Positions 26,520 to 35,797 of a stretch of DNA of 64,000 nucleotides are shown piece by piece. The stretch comes from Candidatus Falkowbacteria bacterium RIFOXYA2_FULL_47_19 (lineage in GTDB: Bacteria; Patescibacteriota; Patescibacteriia; Patescibacteriales; UBA12075), in assembly GCA_001780275.1 (NCBI GenBank), contig MFGB01000023.1, forward strand, positions 69,375 to 133,374, given 5' to 3'. Within the stretch, counting starts at the first letter, position 1; each line of letters begins with the position of its first letter. The notes under the pieces are model-generated. The model did not search any database. It saw only the letters and a program-made list of their open reading frames with translations, and was not told the origin of the DNA. The position numbers were made by a program, and so were the translations under genes.

Positions 26520-27896
26520 TTATGAGATAAGATACGGCAGATTGAGCCTGGTGTGCTTAGCCACAATATCCGATTCCCGCAAAAACGCCAATTCGACCGC
26601 GGCGACACGACTCTGACTTACGCGCATGCTCTCTATGTCTCCTAAAGGCACGCCGTCCACGAATCCGCGCACCGGGCGCTTTTTACCGCCGATGGTTTTA
26701 AATTCTACTGCCGCGTCCCGGGAAATAACCGAATTCTTCCAGTTGGCCGGCTCGGCTATGTTCATGCCGGCAAGGATCAGATGCGAGGCGTAAGGCGGCA
26801 GGGAAAAACCGGCGATATGGCGCGCATAGCCGGTCGAACCGGCCGCGGTCGCGACCAAAAGGCCGTCTCCGGCCACCTTCGGAATAAAGCAGCCGTCAAG
26901 CTTTACCTCGAACCAGGCCGACTGCCCCCCGCGGCGCTCCGCCCAGGCATCGGCGAAACCGACCGTTTGGATCCGTTCGCCCTTCGAATTTTTTATAAGA
27001 ACGGACAAAAGCGGCAGTTGATAAACGACGAAAGGCTTATTTAAAATATCCGGATCCCCCTCGTTCAATAAAAATCCCTGGTGCCCGGCGTTAACCCCGA
27101 TAAAGGGCAGGCGAAGAGCCCAGTATTTCCGGATCGCCCGGAGCATTGTCCCGTCGCCGCCGATAACGACGATCGCGTTCGCCTCCTTAAGGCCGGCGCT
27201 CTCGCCCGATCTATTTTTAATTTCGACGGCCTTGCCGTTTTTTTCGTCCGCCACGAAAAAAGGCTTTAAGCGGTTTAGTTCAAGGATCGCTTTCTGCTGG
27301 GGGAAAATACCCCGGTAAAGGTTATACCGCTTGATGTACGCGGCCACTTCCGGGGCAACCAGATCATCGACCGGCTTATGGTTAAAGACCCGGTTCCTGA
27401 TCTCCGTGCTCGACCCCGAGTGATCGGGACTTATTACTGTATGGCGCGGCGGCAGATCGGCTTCGTTCCATTCGTAGCCGGAACGTTTCACGACGACAAA
27501 ATTACTTTCTTTCCAGAGCTCTTCTCCGCGCTCCCATTCCCTCTGGATCGCCGCACGGCCCTCCGATCCTCCCTGGACAAGGTCGAAGCCGATAACGTGC
27601 CAGACCTCTCCCCTGATCCCGTATCTTTTTTCGAGTTCGTGCGTCCGCGTAAAGACATTATTGCTAAGATCGGCGTGATCCACTCTCACTTTTTCAGGCA
27701 ATCCCCTGAGGGCCAGATCGGCCATGGCCGCCCGGTGCACCGGCTCGATATCGTTGGTCGTGGCCTTGTCCGGCCGCGGGCCGCAGAGCACGACAATAAT
27801 CTCGTCGAATTCCGGCAAGAGTTTCTTGATAATATTTATGTGATGCGTCCCCAGGGGATTGAAACTTCCCCCGAAAAGCGCGACTTTTCTTTTCAT
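26520..27896 (-). CDS. Fusion of nicotinate/nicotinamide mononucleotide adenylyltransferase (N-terminal) and NAD kinase (C-terminal)
   Basis: The N-terminus is VALFGGSFNPLGTHHINI, the (H/T)xGH nucleotidyltransferase motif. The C-terminus has VVIGGDGTMLRAIRKY (GGDG), NAGHQGFL and VATAAGSTGYARHIAG, which are NAD-kinase motifs. Confidence 0.8.
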   Translation of the reverse strand: MKRKVALFGGSFNPLGTHHINIIKKLLPEFDEIIVVLCGPRPDKATTNDIEPVHRAAMADLALRGLPEKVRVDHADLSNNVFTRTHELEKRYGIRGEVWHVIGFDLVQGGSEGRAAIQREWERGEELWKESNFVVVKRSGYEWNEADLPPRHTVISPDHSGSSTEIRNRVFNHKPVDDLVAPEVAAYIKRYNLYRGIFPQQKAILELNRLKPFFVADEKNGKAVEIKNRSGESAGLKEANAIVVIGGDGTMLRAIRKYWALRLPFIGVNAGHQGFLLNEGDPDILNKPFVVYQLPLLSVLIKNSKGERIQTVGFADAWAERRGGQSAWFEVKLDGCFIPKVAGDGLLVATAAGSTGYARHIAGFSLPPYASHLILAGMNIAEPANWKNSVISRDAAVEFKTIGGKKRPVRGFVDGVPLGDIESMRVSQSRVAAVELAFLRESDIVAKHTRLNLPYLIS

Positions 27897-27910
27897 GACC
27901 TTTTGATCGT

Positions 27911-27942
27911 CCGGTAGAGACGTGGCATTGCCACGTCTCTGC
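27911..27942. repeat. Hairpin CCGGTAGAGACG-N-CGTCTCTGC (copy 1)
   Basis: The sequence is ccggtagagacgtggcattgccacgtctctgc. It lies 14 nt upstream of the nadD-nadK ATG. Confidence 0.8.
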
Positions 27943-28056
27943 TAAGCGCGACGGTTATAAAAAATTTTCCTAAAAAACTTAATCCCAATCGCTTCGGATA
28001 AAATTTTTTAGAAGCGAGGAGAATGGCTTTCTCCTCGCTTGTTTTTCTCAAACTCT

Positions 28057-28611
28057 TTAAACGATCTTCGCTCCGTAGAGTTTTTCCATGCGCTTCAGAG
28101 AGAATTCATGCGCATGGTTGTCAAAGTCAGCTACCCCCAAGCGCGGCACGACGATCCCGTAGTCCCGATTGGCGAGTCCGCCGACCGTATCCATAACGCA
28201 GATAGAGGTACAAACTCCGACCACCTCCACCTCTGTCGCTCCCCCCGGGACGCTCAAATGCTTCATGAGAATATGCAGCGAAGTGTTAAAAAATCCGCTG
28301 TAACGCTGTTTATTTATAATGTACTCAAAACTGCCGCCGGATCTCCAGGCCTGAGTGTCCGGCCACAGCTCGCCAACAATATTCGCGCCCCATGTGCCAG
28401 TCACGCAATGCTCAGGAAAACGCCGGAATTCCAAATCGTTTTTTTTGTGATTGTCGCAGAGAAAAACGATCAGGTCTTTTTGCACCCTGGCTTTTTCCAG
28501 CTCGCTTTTGACAAACGGAATTATGTGGCGGCCACTTTCAAAATACAGCGCCCCACCCGGAGTTATAAAATCATTGAGCATATCCACTATGATCAAAGCT
28601 CTGTGTTCCAT
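28057..28611 (-). CDS. pncA: Nicotinamidase / isochorismatase-family hydrolase
   Basis: ALIIVDMLNDF carries the catalytic Asp, and VVGVCTSICV carries the catalytic Cys. The gene sits next to pncB and nadD. Confidence 0.75.
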   Translation of the reverse strand: MEHRALIIVDMLNDFITPGGALYFESGRHIIPFVKSELEKARVQKDLIVFLCDNHKKNDLEFRRFPEHCVTGTWGANIVGELWPDTQAWRSGGSFEYIINKQRYSGFFNTSLHILMKHLSVPGGATEVEVVGVCTSICVMDTVGGLANRDYGIVVPRLGVADFDNHAHEFSLKRMEKLYGAKIV

Positions 28612-28644
28612 CTTTTCCCCCTTTCTTATCCGTGATCAATAGGA

Positions 28645-29103
28645 TTAAACCCGGCGGCGCTGATACGCGCGCCGTGTTCTGATCAAGCTTTCCATGCCGG
28701 CCTTGAATTTATCCCTGATCTTTTTCGGCCGGGTTTCCGCCTCCTTGGCTGGTACGCGCAGATGAGCGTCAAATTCGTCGCCGGGATAATTTTGAATGGC
28801 GATTTGCAATTCCCGAATTATCTCAACCGGTATTTCCGGTCCGGCGGACAATGCCCCGCTATTACGGCGCGTGTCGTCATCCAGAAAAATCATCGGCCAC
28901 TCTCTGGCTCCAGCGCCTGACCCGACAAACAGAATTTTGGATCTTTCATCTTTTTCATCAGCACCCATGCTCTCCGCGATCACCGGGCACTGAAAAATAT
29001 TCAGGACATCCTGCAATTCGCCCAAAGACAAACCGCTGATGTCCAGGATCGGCAACCCGTCCTCGAAATAAATGATCAGGCACATATTTTTCTTCTCGCG
29101 CAT
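28645..29103 (-). CDS. Hypothetical protein
   Basis: 152-aa ORF with a GGGGGTGA RBS. No motif recognised. Confidence 0.45.
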   Translation of the reverse strand: MREKKNMCLIIYFEDGLPILDISGLSLGELQDVLNIFQCPVIAESMGADEKDERSKILFVGSGAGAREWPMIFLDDDTRRNSGALSAGPEIPVEIIRELQIAIQNYPGDEFDAHLRVPAKEAETRPKKIRDKFKAGMESLIRTRRAYQRRRV

Positions 29104-29214
29104 AGAATCACCCCCCTTTTCAATCTTTTAAAGAGTTATTCGGCTAAAAAGAACCATTAAAATAAAAAATTTTATCTCAAAAAAATTTTTCAGGTAAAAT
29201 TTTCTGTTTTATAA

Positions 29215-29235
29215 TTTTACTTATATTAAGTAAAA
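29215..29235. promoter_or_regulatory. 21-bp perfect palindrome in the AT-rich gap downstream of the NrtR-like gene (candidate operator)
   Basis: The palindrome is ttttactta-tat-taagtaaaa. It lies ~110 nt upstream of the 152-aa ORF start. Confidence 0.4.
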
Positions 29236-29381
29236 ATTAAAATCTGGGTTTTTTCTTCGAAATTCATTAAACTTTAACACAAAAATTTTAATTTGTCAAG
29301 TGCAAAACACCCCACCACTCTCTCTTCCGGTCCGATCATCTTATTATTGTATTTTATACACTAACTAAAGACAAAAAAATA

Positions 29382-30056
29382 TCAGAGTATCTCGATATTT
29401 TCCGGACGGTGGGAAAGGAAGCGGTAAAGGGCGGCCGGACGGTTGGCCTCGCCGATCGTCTTTTTTTCGGTCGCCTTAAGAATCTTAAGGGCCAGGATCT
29501 TTTTCCGGAAATTGCGCTTGTCGAGTTCCCTGTCCAGTATTATTTCGTAGGTTTTCTGCATATCGCCCAAGGTGAACTCTTCCGGGAGAAGGCTATAAAC
29601 GACATTCGTGTACTCCAGTTTCACGCGCAAGCGCTTGACGGCGCAGCCGATTATTTCCTGGTGGTCGTAAGCGAGCTCGGGCAGTTTATCGACCGGATGC
29701 CACTCCACTCCACCGTATTCCGCGCTCGTCTTTAATTTAAGGCCGGCGTTGGGGATAAGCGCGTAATAAGCGACGGACACCACCCGGCCGAAAGGGTCCC
29801 GATCCACCCGGCCGAAAGTATAGAGCTGTTCCAGGAAAACGTCCGTGACGCCGGTTTTCTCCTTAAGTATCCGGCGAGCGGCATTATCCACTGATTCAAG
29901 CGGCCGGACAAGACCGCCGGGAGCGGCCCACATATCCAAAAACGGCTTTTTCTTCATCTTAATGAGTAAAACCTGAAGTTTTCCGTCCTTAACGGTAAAG
30001 ATAACGATATCGGCGGCGATCACGGCGAACTTGTATTTCGGCTGTATTTTGGGCAT
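29382..30056 (-). CDS. nrtR: NrtR-like regulator (Nudix domain with degenerate Nudix box plus C-terminal winged-helix domain)
   Basis: The Nudix fold has an incomplete box (APGGLVRPLESVDNAARRILKEKTGV). The C-terminal ~90 aa (EYTNVVYSLLPEEFTLGDMQKTYEIIL...FRKKIL) is typical of NrtR. The gene sits in an NAD-gene context. Confidence 0.7.
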   Translation of the reverse strand: MPKIQPKYKFAVIAADIVIFTVKDGKLQVLLIKMKKKPFLDMWAAPGGLVRPLESVDNAARRILKEKTGVTDVFLEQLYTFGRVDRDPFGRVVSVAYYALIPNAGLKLKTSAEYGGVEWHPVDKLPELAYDHQEIIGCAVKRLRVKLEYTNVVYSLLPEEFTLGDMQKTYEIILDRELDKRNFRKKILALKILKATEKKTIGEANRPAALYRFLSHRPENIEIL

Positions 30057-30156
30057 ACTCGTGTCTTAGAATTAAAAACGTCAAATGTCTGGTGCTGGGT
30101 GTTTGTGTATATCTAACACTATTATAGCATTGCGGAAAACCCTGTCAAGACCCCGC

Positions 30157-30181
30157 AAAAAAAGACGGTACTAAGTACCGC
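30157..30181 (-). terminator. Rho-independent terminator after the ABC exporter
   Basis: The minus strand reads CGGTAC-TTA-GTACCG followed by TCTTTTTTT. Confidence 0.7.
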
Positions 30182-30205
30182 CCCATGATTTTAAAAATAT
30201 TTTTC

Positions 30206-32062
30206 CTATTCCCTCGATAGCTGTTGTTTCGCCATTCCGTAATAAAGGCCTTTTTGCGATAGCAATCCGCTATGCGTGCCCTTTTCGGCTACTTTTCCCC
30301 CGGAAAGTATATAGATCGTGTCCGCGTCCCTGATGGTAGCCAGCCGGTGCGCCACGACGATCTTGGTGAAAAAGTACCTTTCCCTGAGTATTTTAAGGTT
30401 GATCTGGATCGCCTCTTCCGTTTTCGGATCCAATTGCGACGTCGGTTCGTCCAAAACAAGCACCTTGGCGCCTTTCATTATTACAAGTATCGCCCGGGCC
30501 AGTTCAAGTCTTTGTCTTTGTCCGCCGGAAAGACGAGCTCCCCGCTCCCCTACTATCGTGTCTATCCCGTCGGGAAAATGCTTCGCCTCTTCGATGTTGG
30601 CGATCCTTAAGGCCATATCCCTTTCCCCTTTGGTGGCCGAACAGATTATTTTGCGGCTCCAGCCGTCGATATAACGGCAGGCGAAAGTGATATTGTCATC
30701 GATGCTGCGGTCGAAAATGAAAGGATTCTGGAGAACAACCGCGAAATGGCTCAAATACCACGGGCGGTCGATACGGCCGATATCGGTTCCGTCAAGCCTG
30801 ACCAGGCCTCCATCCGGTTCGTACATGCGAAAGAGAAGATTTAAAAGCGTGGTCTTTCCGACGCCGGTGGCGCCGGCGATAGCCGTCGTCTTTCCCGCCT
30901 CGATCGTCATGTCCAGGCCGCGGAGTATCGCGGCGGATTTGCCGGTTTCCTTGTTGTAGTAAGAAAAATCCACTTTTTCCAGATCAAAACGGCCGTGGAA
31001 CTCTTTCGGAACAGTTACGTCCGGTCCGATCAAATTCTCTTCCGGTTCGTCCAGAAGATCCTTCATCCGGTTGACGGCCACCAGGTTTTTTAATACCCGC
31101 GCGTATATATAGATGAACATCGACAAAGTGTTGAAAGTGGTCGCGCCGGTCGAATAGATATAAACGACCGTGCCCAGATCGACCTTGCTCTTAAGCACGA
31201 AGTCGAAACAAAACCAGAGGGTCACGTAAAAAAACAAATACAGGATGCCGGAAACGGCGGATTGGTAATACTGGAGCCTTTTGATCGTCTTGATGTCGAT
31301 ATCCTTGATCTCGCCGCGCATCCGGGCGTACTCGAGGTTCGAAACCTCTTCCTGTCCGTAGATCTTAACCGTAAAGACGCCGATGATCGACTGGCAGAAA
31401 ATATCGCTGGCCTGCTCCTTTTTCGATTGGATCTTGTCCCAGATCGGACCGAATTTCACGTAACTAAGGTAATTTATGTAACCGGCCGGAATGAAGGGCA
31501 GGAGAAAAATAAGGCCGAGCCGCCAATCCATGAAAAGGATGAGGCCGATATTAAGTACCAGAAACATGAACTGCCCGACCAGTGCGGACATAGTATCGCC
31601 GACGACGTTTACCAGGGTTTTGGAGCCGTTGTCTATCCGGGCGATCTTGGCTCCCGTATTGTTGTGGTTATGATAATCAAGGGAAAGCGCCAGAAGCTTG
31701 GCGTGAGCGATGACCGGAAAGTGGTTTTCCAAAAATATAAGTATCTTCTGGGCTCTGACCTCTTTAAAGAACCGGAACAGGATATTGACTACCGTTAAGC
31801 CGGCCATGACCCAAAAAAGACAGATAACCGCATTGCTCCAATAAGTTACTTCGGTGCCGGGCTTTAAATTCACGAATAATTTAAAAAGAAACGGGAACGA
31901 CAAATCGATCGATCTGATCACGACTATCCAGAAAACCACGGTTAAAACCGCTTTCCGCTGGCCCTTCAGAAGAGACCAAAGATTCCGCATGCTTTTCGCG
32001 AAATAACCGGCGCCGCTCTCGGCGATGCCGCCTAACTTGCTCATAGCCCTCATAGCGATCAT
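30206..32062 (-). CDS. ABC exporter, fused permease and ATPase (MsbA/ABCB-like)
   Basis: Six predicted TM helices. Walker A is GATGVGKTT, the signature is LSGGQRQRLELARA, and Walker B is VLVLDEPTS. The true start may be one of the nearby internal Met codons (32053 or 32044). Confidence 0.85.
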   Translation of the reverse strand: MIAMRAMSKLGGIAESGAGYFAKSMRNLWSLLKGQRKAVLTVVFWIVVIRSIDLSFPFLFKLFVNLKPGTEVTYWSNAVICLFWVMAGLTVVNILFRFFKEVRAQKILIFLENHFPVIAHAKLLALSLDYHNHNNTGAKIARIDNGSKTLVNVVGDTMSALVGQFMFLVLNIGLILFMDWRLGLIFLLPFIPAGYINYLSYVKFGPIWDKIQSKKEQASDIFCQSIIGVFTVKIYGQEEVSNLEYARMRGEIKDIDIKTIKRLQYYQSAVSGILYLFFYVTLWFCFDFVLKSKVDLGTVVYIYSTGATTFNTLSMFIYIYARVLKNLVAVNRMKDLLDEPEENLIGPDVTVPKEFHGRFDLEKVDFSYYNKETGKSAAILRGLDMTIEAGKTTAIAGATGVGKTTLLNLLFRMYEPDGGLVRLDGTDIGRIDRPWYLSHFAVVLQNPFIFDRSIDDNITFACRYIDGWSRKIICSATKGERDMALRIANIEEAKHFPDGIDTIVGERGARLSGGQRQRLELARAILVIMKGAKVLVLDEPTSQLDPKTEEAIQINLKILRERYFFTKIVVAHRLATIRDADTIYILSGGKVAEKGTHSGLLSQKGLYYGMAKQQLSRE

Positions 32063-32254
32063 CCTCAGTTGGCTGTTTATATTTTAAACGAACGAATCAA
32101 TATACCTTAACACGTTTTCCGTGAAACGGCAAGCCTTATCCGCAAGTGCGTTCGAATTGACTTTAACCGGCATTTTTGCTAAGGTGCAAATAGATTCTAT
32201 CGAATAAAATATAGCGTTCTTTAATATTCTCTGGCGGCTAACAAGGGGGTTATC

Positions 32255-33646
32255 ATGGGAAAACCGCAAATTATCGAAAAATTCGATCGTGAAAAGATTT
32301 TAGGAATAATGAGGGAAAATGTCCGACCCGGCATGACGATTGCCATCCCGACTTTTTTTTCTGTCGGAGTGGCTCTTGATCTGGTCCATCTACTCTCGGA
32401 GACCGGCACAAACGGCCTCAAGGTCATAAGCAACGACACCGGCCTTCCCGGCCTGAGCGTCGGACGGCTCATAGCGAACGGGCAGATCGAGAAACTGCTG
32501 ATTTCCTATATCGCCACCAACCCGGAGGCCATGAAAATGTTCCAGGCGGGCAAGATCAATATCGACCTGTACCCGCAGGGCACGCTCATAGAGATGCTCG
32601 ATTGCGGCGGAAAGGGATTGGGGGGTTTCTACACGCCGACCGGCGTCGGTACGGCCGTGGAAGAGGGCCGGGAAACAAAGATGATCAGCGGAAGAAAGCA
32701 GATATTTTTCGAGGCTCTCCGCGCCCGGGTCGGGCTTATCAAGGCCCACAAAGCCGACCGCTACGGAAACGTCGTATTCCATAAAACCGCCCGCAACTTC
32801 AACGAAGCCGCGGCCCAGGCTTCCGACTTTACGATCATAGAGGTCGACAAAATTGTCGATCGCCTGGATCCCAACCGAATCCATCTGCAATGCGCTTACA
32901 CCGATGTCATCGTAAAAAGTTCCGGGGCCTGGAAAAAGCTTCTAACCGTAAAACGGAAGGAGCTCTCCGGTCTTGGTCCGGCCCGCCAAATGGTCGTTAA
33001 ACAGGCCGCGCGCCTCATAAAAAGGCTTTTTCCGGACGGGGCGATCGTCAATCTCGGCATCGGAACGCCCCTGGAAATAGCGTCCCTGCTCAAGAGAGAG
33101 GACAATATCATGCTCATGTCGGAAAACGGCCTTCTGGGCATGGGTCCCCCGCCCGATATGATCGATAATGAGATAGTGAACGCGGGACGCGGTCCGGCTT
33201 CCGTCTCCCCCGGCGGATCATTCTTCGACAGTGTCCGCGCCTTCGGCATGATCCGCGGGGGCCGGGTCGACGCGACCGTCCTCGGAGGCTACGAAGTGAG
33301 CGCCACCGGCGATCTCGCCAATTACACGATCCCGGGAAAAAGCTTTCCGGGTATCGGCGGAGGAATGGATCTCGTGACCGGAGCGAAAACGGTCATTATC
33401 GCCACGGAGCATACGGCCGGAGGCAAACCTAAAATACTCGAAAAATGCACCCTGCCTCTGACCGGCCAAGGGGTCGTTAAATGGATCGTAACCGATCTGG
33501 CCCTGATCGAGATCACCCCCGAAGGGCTCGTACTTCACGAAGTGGCGCCCATTGCGGACGATCTGGCCGCGTCCATCGAAAAGATCAGATCCTTAACAGG
33601 CGCCGACCTGCGCCTCTCCCCCAGCGTAAGATTTTTTTCAAACTAA
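32255..33646 (+). CDS. Family I CoA-transferase with fused A and B subunits (3-oxoacid/acetate CoA-transferase type)
   Basis: The N-half is ScoA/AtoD-like. The C-half carries LMSENGLLGMGP, which contains the catalytic Glu motif of the B subunit. Confidence 0.85.
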   Translation: MGKPQIIEKFDREKILGIMRENVRPGMTIAIPTFFSVGVALDLVHLLSETGTNGLKVISNDTGLPGLSVGRLIANGQIEKLLISYIATNPEAMKMFQAGKINIDLYPQGTLIEMLDCGGKGLGGFYTPTGVGTAVEEGRETKMISGRKQIFFEALRARVGLIKAHKADRYGNVVFHKTARNFNEAAAQASDFTIIEVDKIVDRLDPNRIHLQCAYTDVIVKSSGAWKKLLTVKRKELSGLGPARQMVVKQAARLIKRLFPDGAIVNLGIGTPLEIASLLKREDNIMLMSENGLLGMGPPPDMIDNEIVNAGRGPASVSPGGSFFDSVRAFGMIRGGRVDATVLGGYEVSATGDLANYTIPGKSFPGIGGGMDLVTGAKTVIIATEHTAGGKPKILEKCTLPLTGQGVVKWIVTDLALIEITPEGLVLHEVAPIADDLAASIEKIRSLTGADLRLSPSVRFFSN

Positions 33647-33681
33647 AAACGGATAAACCGATCATCGCTTATTAAATAAAC

Positions 33682-33715
33682 CCCCTAACCGCGGAAAAGT
33701 TAGGGGTCTTTTTTT
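33682..33715 (+). terminator. Rho-independent terminator
   Basis: The stem is cccctaac / gttagggg, followed by tcttttttt. Confidence 0.75.
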
Positions 33716-33833
33716 GCCGCCATGCATTTCCCGCTCCGCTCTCTGGCAAGTTCCGGACAAACGCGCCGATAGAAATTCCCGGGCAATAAAAAAAGAACTC
33801 ATGGTTCTTTTGATTTGGCGCGTCTGTTTTCGT

Positions 33834-34631
33834 TTAACTTTCTTTCGTATTAGAAGCAGAGGCCAGCTTTCTCTGTACGTCTCTTATCAGAAAACCGAAA
33901 GAAAATAAGCTATACGAAAAAAATAAATAAGCCAACCCCCAAAAAAAATCAAGTCCCCGATACGGCCAGATGCCTTCCATATATAGAGAATAATTGGCGG
34001 CGTACGCGATATCCGCGACCACGAATAATGTCATGCCTATAAGCATATGGAGCCAGGGAAAAAATATTTTTCCGCCCCTGTATTCTCTGATGATCAATAT
34101 TATCAATACCGTCATTATCGCCAGTATGATATCGCCGACACCGTAAAAAATATTGATCGCATTATTGAGCCAGGGCAGCCCCTTGTCATAACCGGCGATC
34201 ACGCCGTAATGCGCGGCCAGATAAACCGACAAAACCGAAAAAACAGCGGTTATGATTATCCTTTTAAAGGTCCAGGCTATCTTCCCTTTTTTTATTTCAA
34301 ACAAAAATCCCGCGGCCAAAAAAGGATACCCGAGCAAATAGAAAAAATCCCATAAAAACGTCTGGCGATCCTCAAAAAAACCCGACACGACCCACATGGC
34401 CTCTGCTATAAACCAGCCGGTTAAACCCAGGACGATCAGGAATATGGAAAAATTCCTTACGCCGCTGAACTTAACTGCGTAAAAACCGCCGATAACGCAC
34501 ATTAAGGGGGGTAATAAATAAGCGATACCGCTTACTCTGCTCCCCAGGGCCTCTTCTTTTATAAATAAATACGAAGCCAGCAGAATTACATAGATAATCG
34601 ATAATAAAATGATCAGATGTCCCTTCTTCAT
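33834..34631 (-). CDS. Polytopic integral membrane protein, unknown function
   Basis: About 8 hydrophobic segments. Confidence 0.55.
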   Translation of the reverse strand: MKKGHLIILLSIIYVILLASYLFIKEEALGSRVSGIAYLLPPLMCVIGGFYAVKFSGVRNFSIFLIVLGLTGWFIAEAMWVVSGFFEDRQTFLWDFFYLLGYPFLAAGFLFEIKKGKIAWTFKRIIITAVFSVLSVYLAAHYGVIAGYDKGLPWLNNAINIFYGVGDIILAIMTVLIILIIREYRGGKIFFPWLHMLIGMTLFVVADIAYAANYSLYMEGIWPYRGLDFFWGLAYLFFSYSLFSFGFLIRDVQRKLASASNTKES

Positions 34632-34828
34632 AAATTTAAAAATGGTTCGATTTGCTTTTTAGCATTATCAGGACCTACGATTTCTGATAATAATTCCTCC
34701 AGAGTCTGCATGATCATGGGCTCCGGAATAACCATAAAATGCTTTTCATACATCTTCGCGGTCGTATCTCCTAAATAATTCGAAATCAGTCCGGTTGCCT
34801 TTGATATAATCGCATCTTTTTTCGTCAT
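34628..34828 (-). CDS. Hypothetical 66-aa protein
   Basis: The ORF overlaps the downstream membrane protein gene by 4 nt. Confidence 0.4.
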   Translation of the reverse strand: MTKKDAIISKATGLISNYLGDTTAKMYEKHFMVIPEPMIMQTLEELLSEIVGPDNAKKQIEPFLNL

Positions 34829-34874
34829 AGTGTTGTACTGAATTCATTATAGCATTATCGGCATAACATGGAAA

Positions 34875-35369
34875 TTAACCAAGGAGCTTATCGACAACAG
34901 TAACGGTTTTGTCCAAAATAACATCGCCTTCGCCAAACCGAAAAACCGCCTTCACTAATTTACCATTCATTACCGCCGGCACCCAAAATTCATCATCCGG
35001 CCACATCTCGCTAAAAGGAAGTTCGGATACTTCGAACCATTCCGGCCTCATCTCCTCCGACTCAGAGGGTTCCCCCTCCCACTTTTCGGCGAAAAACACG
35101 TGCACCGCCTGGTCCCAGTCCGGATTATGCGGAAAACAAAATTCCAGGATCGCCCTTTTATCGAGATCGCGCACGCGCACGCCGATCTCTTCTTCCGTTT
35201 CCCGGACCGCGGCTTCTTCAATGCTTTCTCCCGGATTAAGCTTGCCGCCGACGCCGTTCCACCGGTTTACCCCGAAGCCGCGCTTTTTCATGGCCAAACA
35301 GACCCGGTCTATTTTATCCCCGGATCTCTTTATCAGGAATACGAGAGTGGCATTTCTTAGTTGAGGCAT
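34875..35369 (-). CDS. Nudix hydrolase (MutT-like)
   Basis: An intact Nudix box (GGKLNPGESIEEAAVRETEEEIGV). The start is moved to MPQLRN so that the ORF does not overlap the tRNA. Confidence 0.8.
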   Translation of the reverse strand: MPQLRNATLVFLIKRSGDKIDRVCLAMKKRGFGVNRWNGVGGKLNPGESIEEAAVRETEEEIGVRVRDLDKRAILEFCFPHNPDWDQAVHVFFAEKWEGEPSESEEMRPEWFEVSELPFSEMWPDDEFWVPAVMNGKLVKAVFRFGEGDVILDKTVTVVDKLLG

Positions 35370-35380
35370 ATTTTTCAGGG

Positions 35381-35467
35381 CGGAGGGAGTGGGATTTGAA
35401 CCCACGGTAGGCGTTAACCCACAACAGTTTTCAAGACTGTCGCCTTAAACCGCTCAGCCATCCCTCC
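35381..35467 (-). tRNA. tRNA-Ser (anticodon UGA)
   Basis: Hand-folded: acceptor GGAGGGA/TCCCTCC; anticodon arm ACAGT-CTTGAAA-ACTGT; long variable arm; T-arm GTGGG-TTCAAAT-CCCAC. Confidence 0.85.
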
Positions 35468-35517
35468 ATTCTAAATATCGAGTGTCAAATCACCGTTCAA
35501 CACTCGACATTTGATTG

Positions 35518-35607
35518 CGGAGAGGGAGGGATTCGAACCCTCGAGAGGCTTTTAAGACCCCTAGCACGTTAGCACCGTGTCGCTTTCGACCACTCAGCCA
35601 CCTCTCC
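35518..35607 (-). tRNA. tRNA-Ser (anticodon GCU)
   Basis: Hand-folded, 90 nt: acceptor GGAGAGG/CCTCTCC; anticodon loop GTGCTAA; long variable arm; T-arm GAGGG-TTCGAAT-CCCTC. Confidence 0.8.
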
Positions 35608-35637
35608 GAAGTATCATTATTTTTTATTTTTCGCGAT

Positions 35638-35784
35638 GGATTCGCCCAGTCATCCGACTGGACGCCGGGTCGGATGACCCGGCGAACCCTCGAGAGGCTT
35701 TTAAGACCCCTAGCACGTTAGCACCGTGTCGCTTTCGACCACTCCCCGCCCGAGGCGGGTCCGCCTTGGGCGGAAGCCACCTCT
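35638..35784 (-). pseudogene. tRNA-Ser(GCU)-derived pseudo-copy, truncated at both ends, with a 30-nt insert in the D-loop and a 40-nt insert in the T-loop
   Basis: It is identical to the neighbouring tRNA from position 3 through the T-loop, apart from two GC-rich inserts. The D-loop insert is cccgcccgaggcgggtccgccttgggcgga (35745-35774). The T-loop insert is gcccagtcatccgactggacgccgggtcggatgacccggc (35644-35683). The 3' acceptor strand is missing. Confidence 0.8.
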
Positions 35785-35797
35785 TTATAAAATATTA

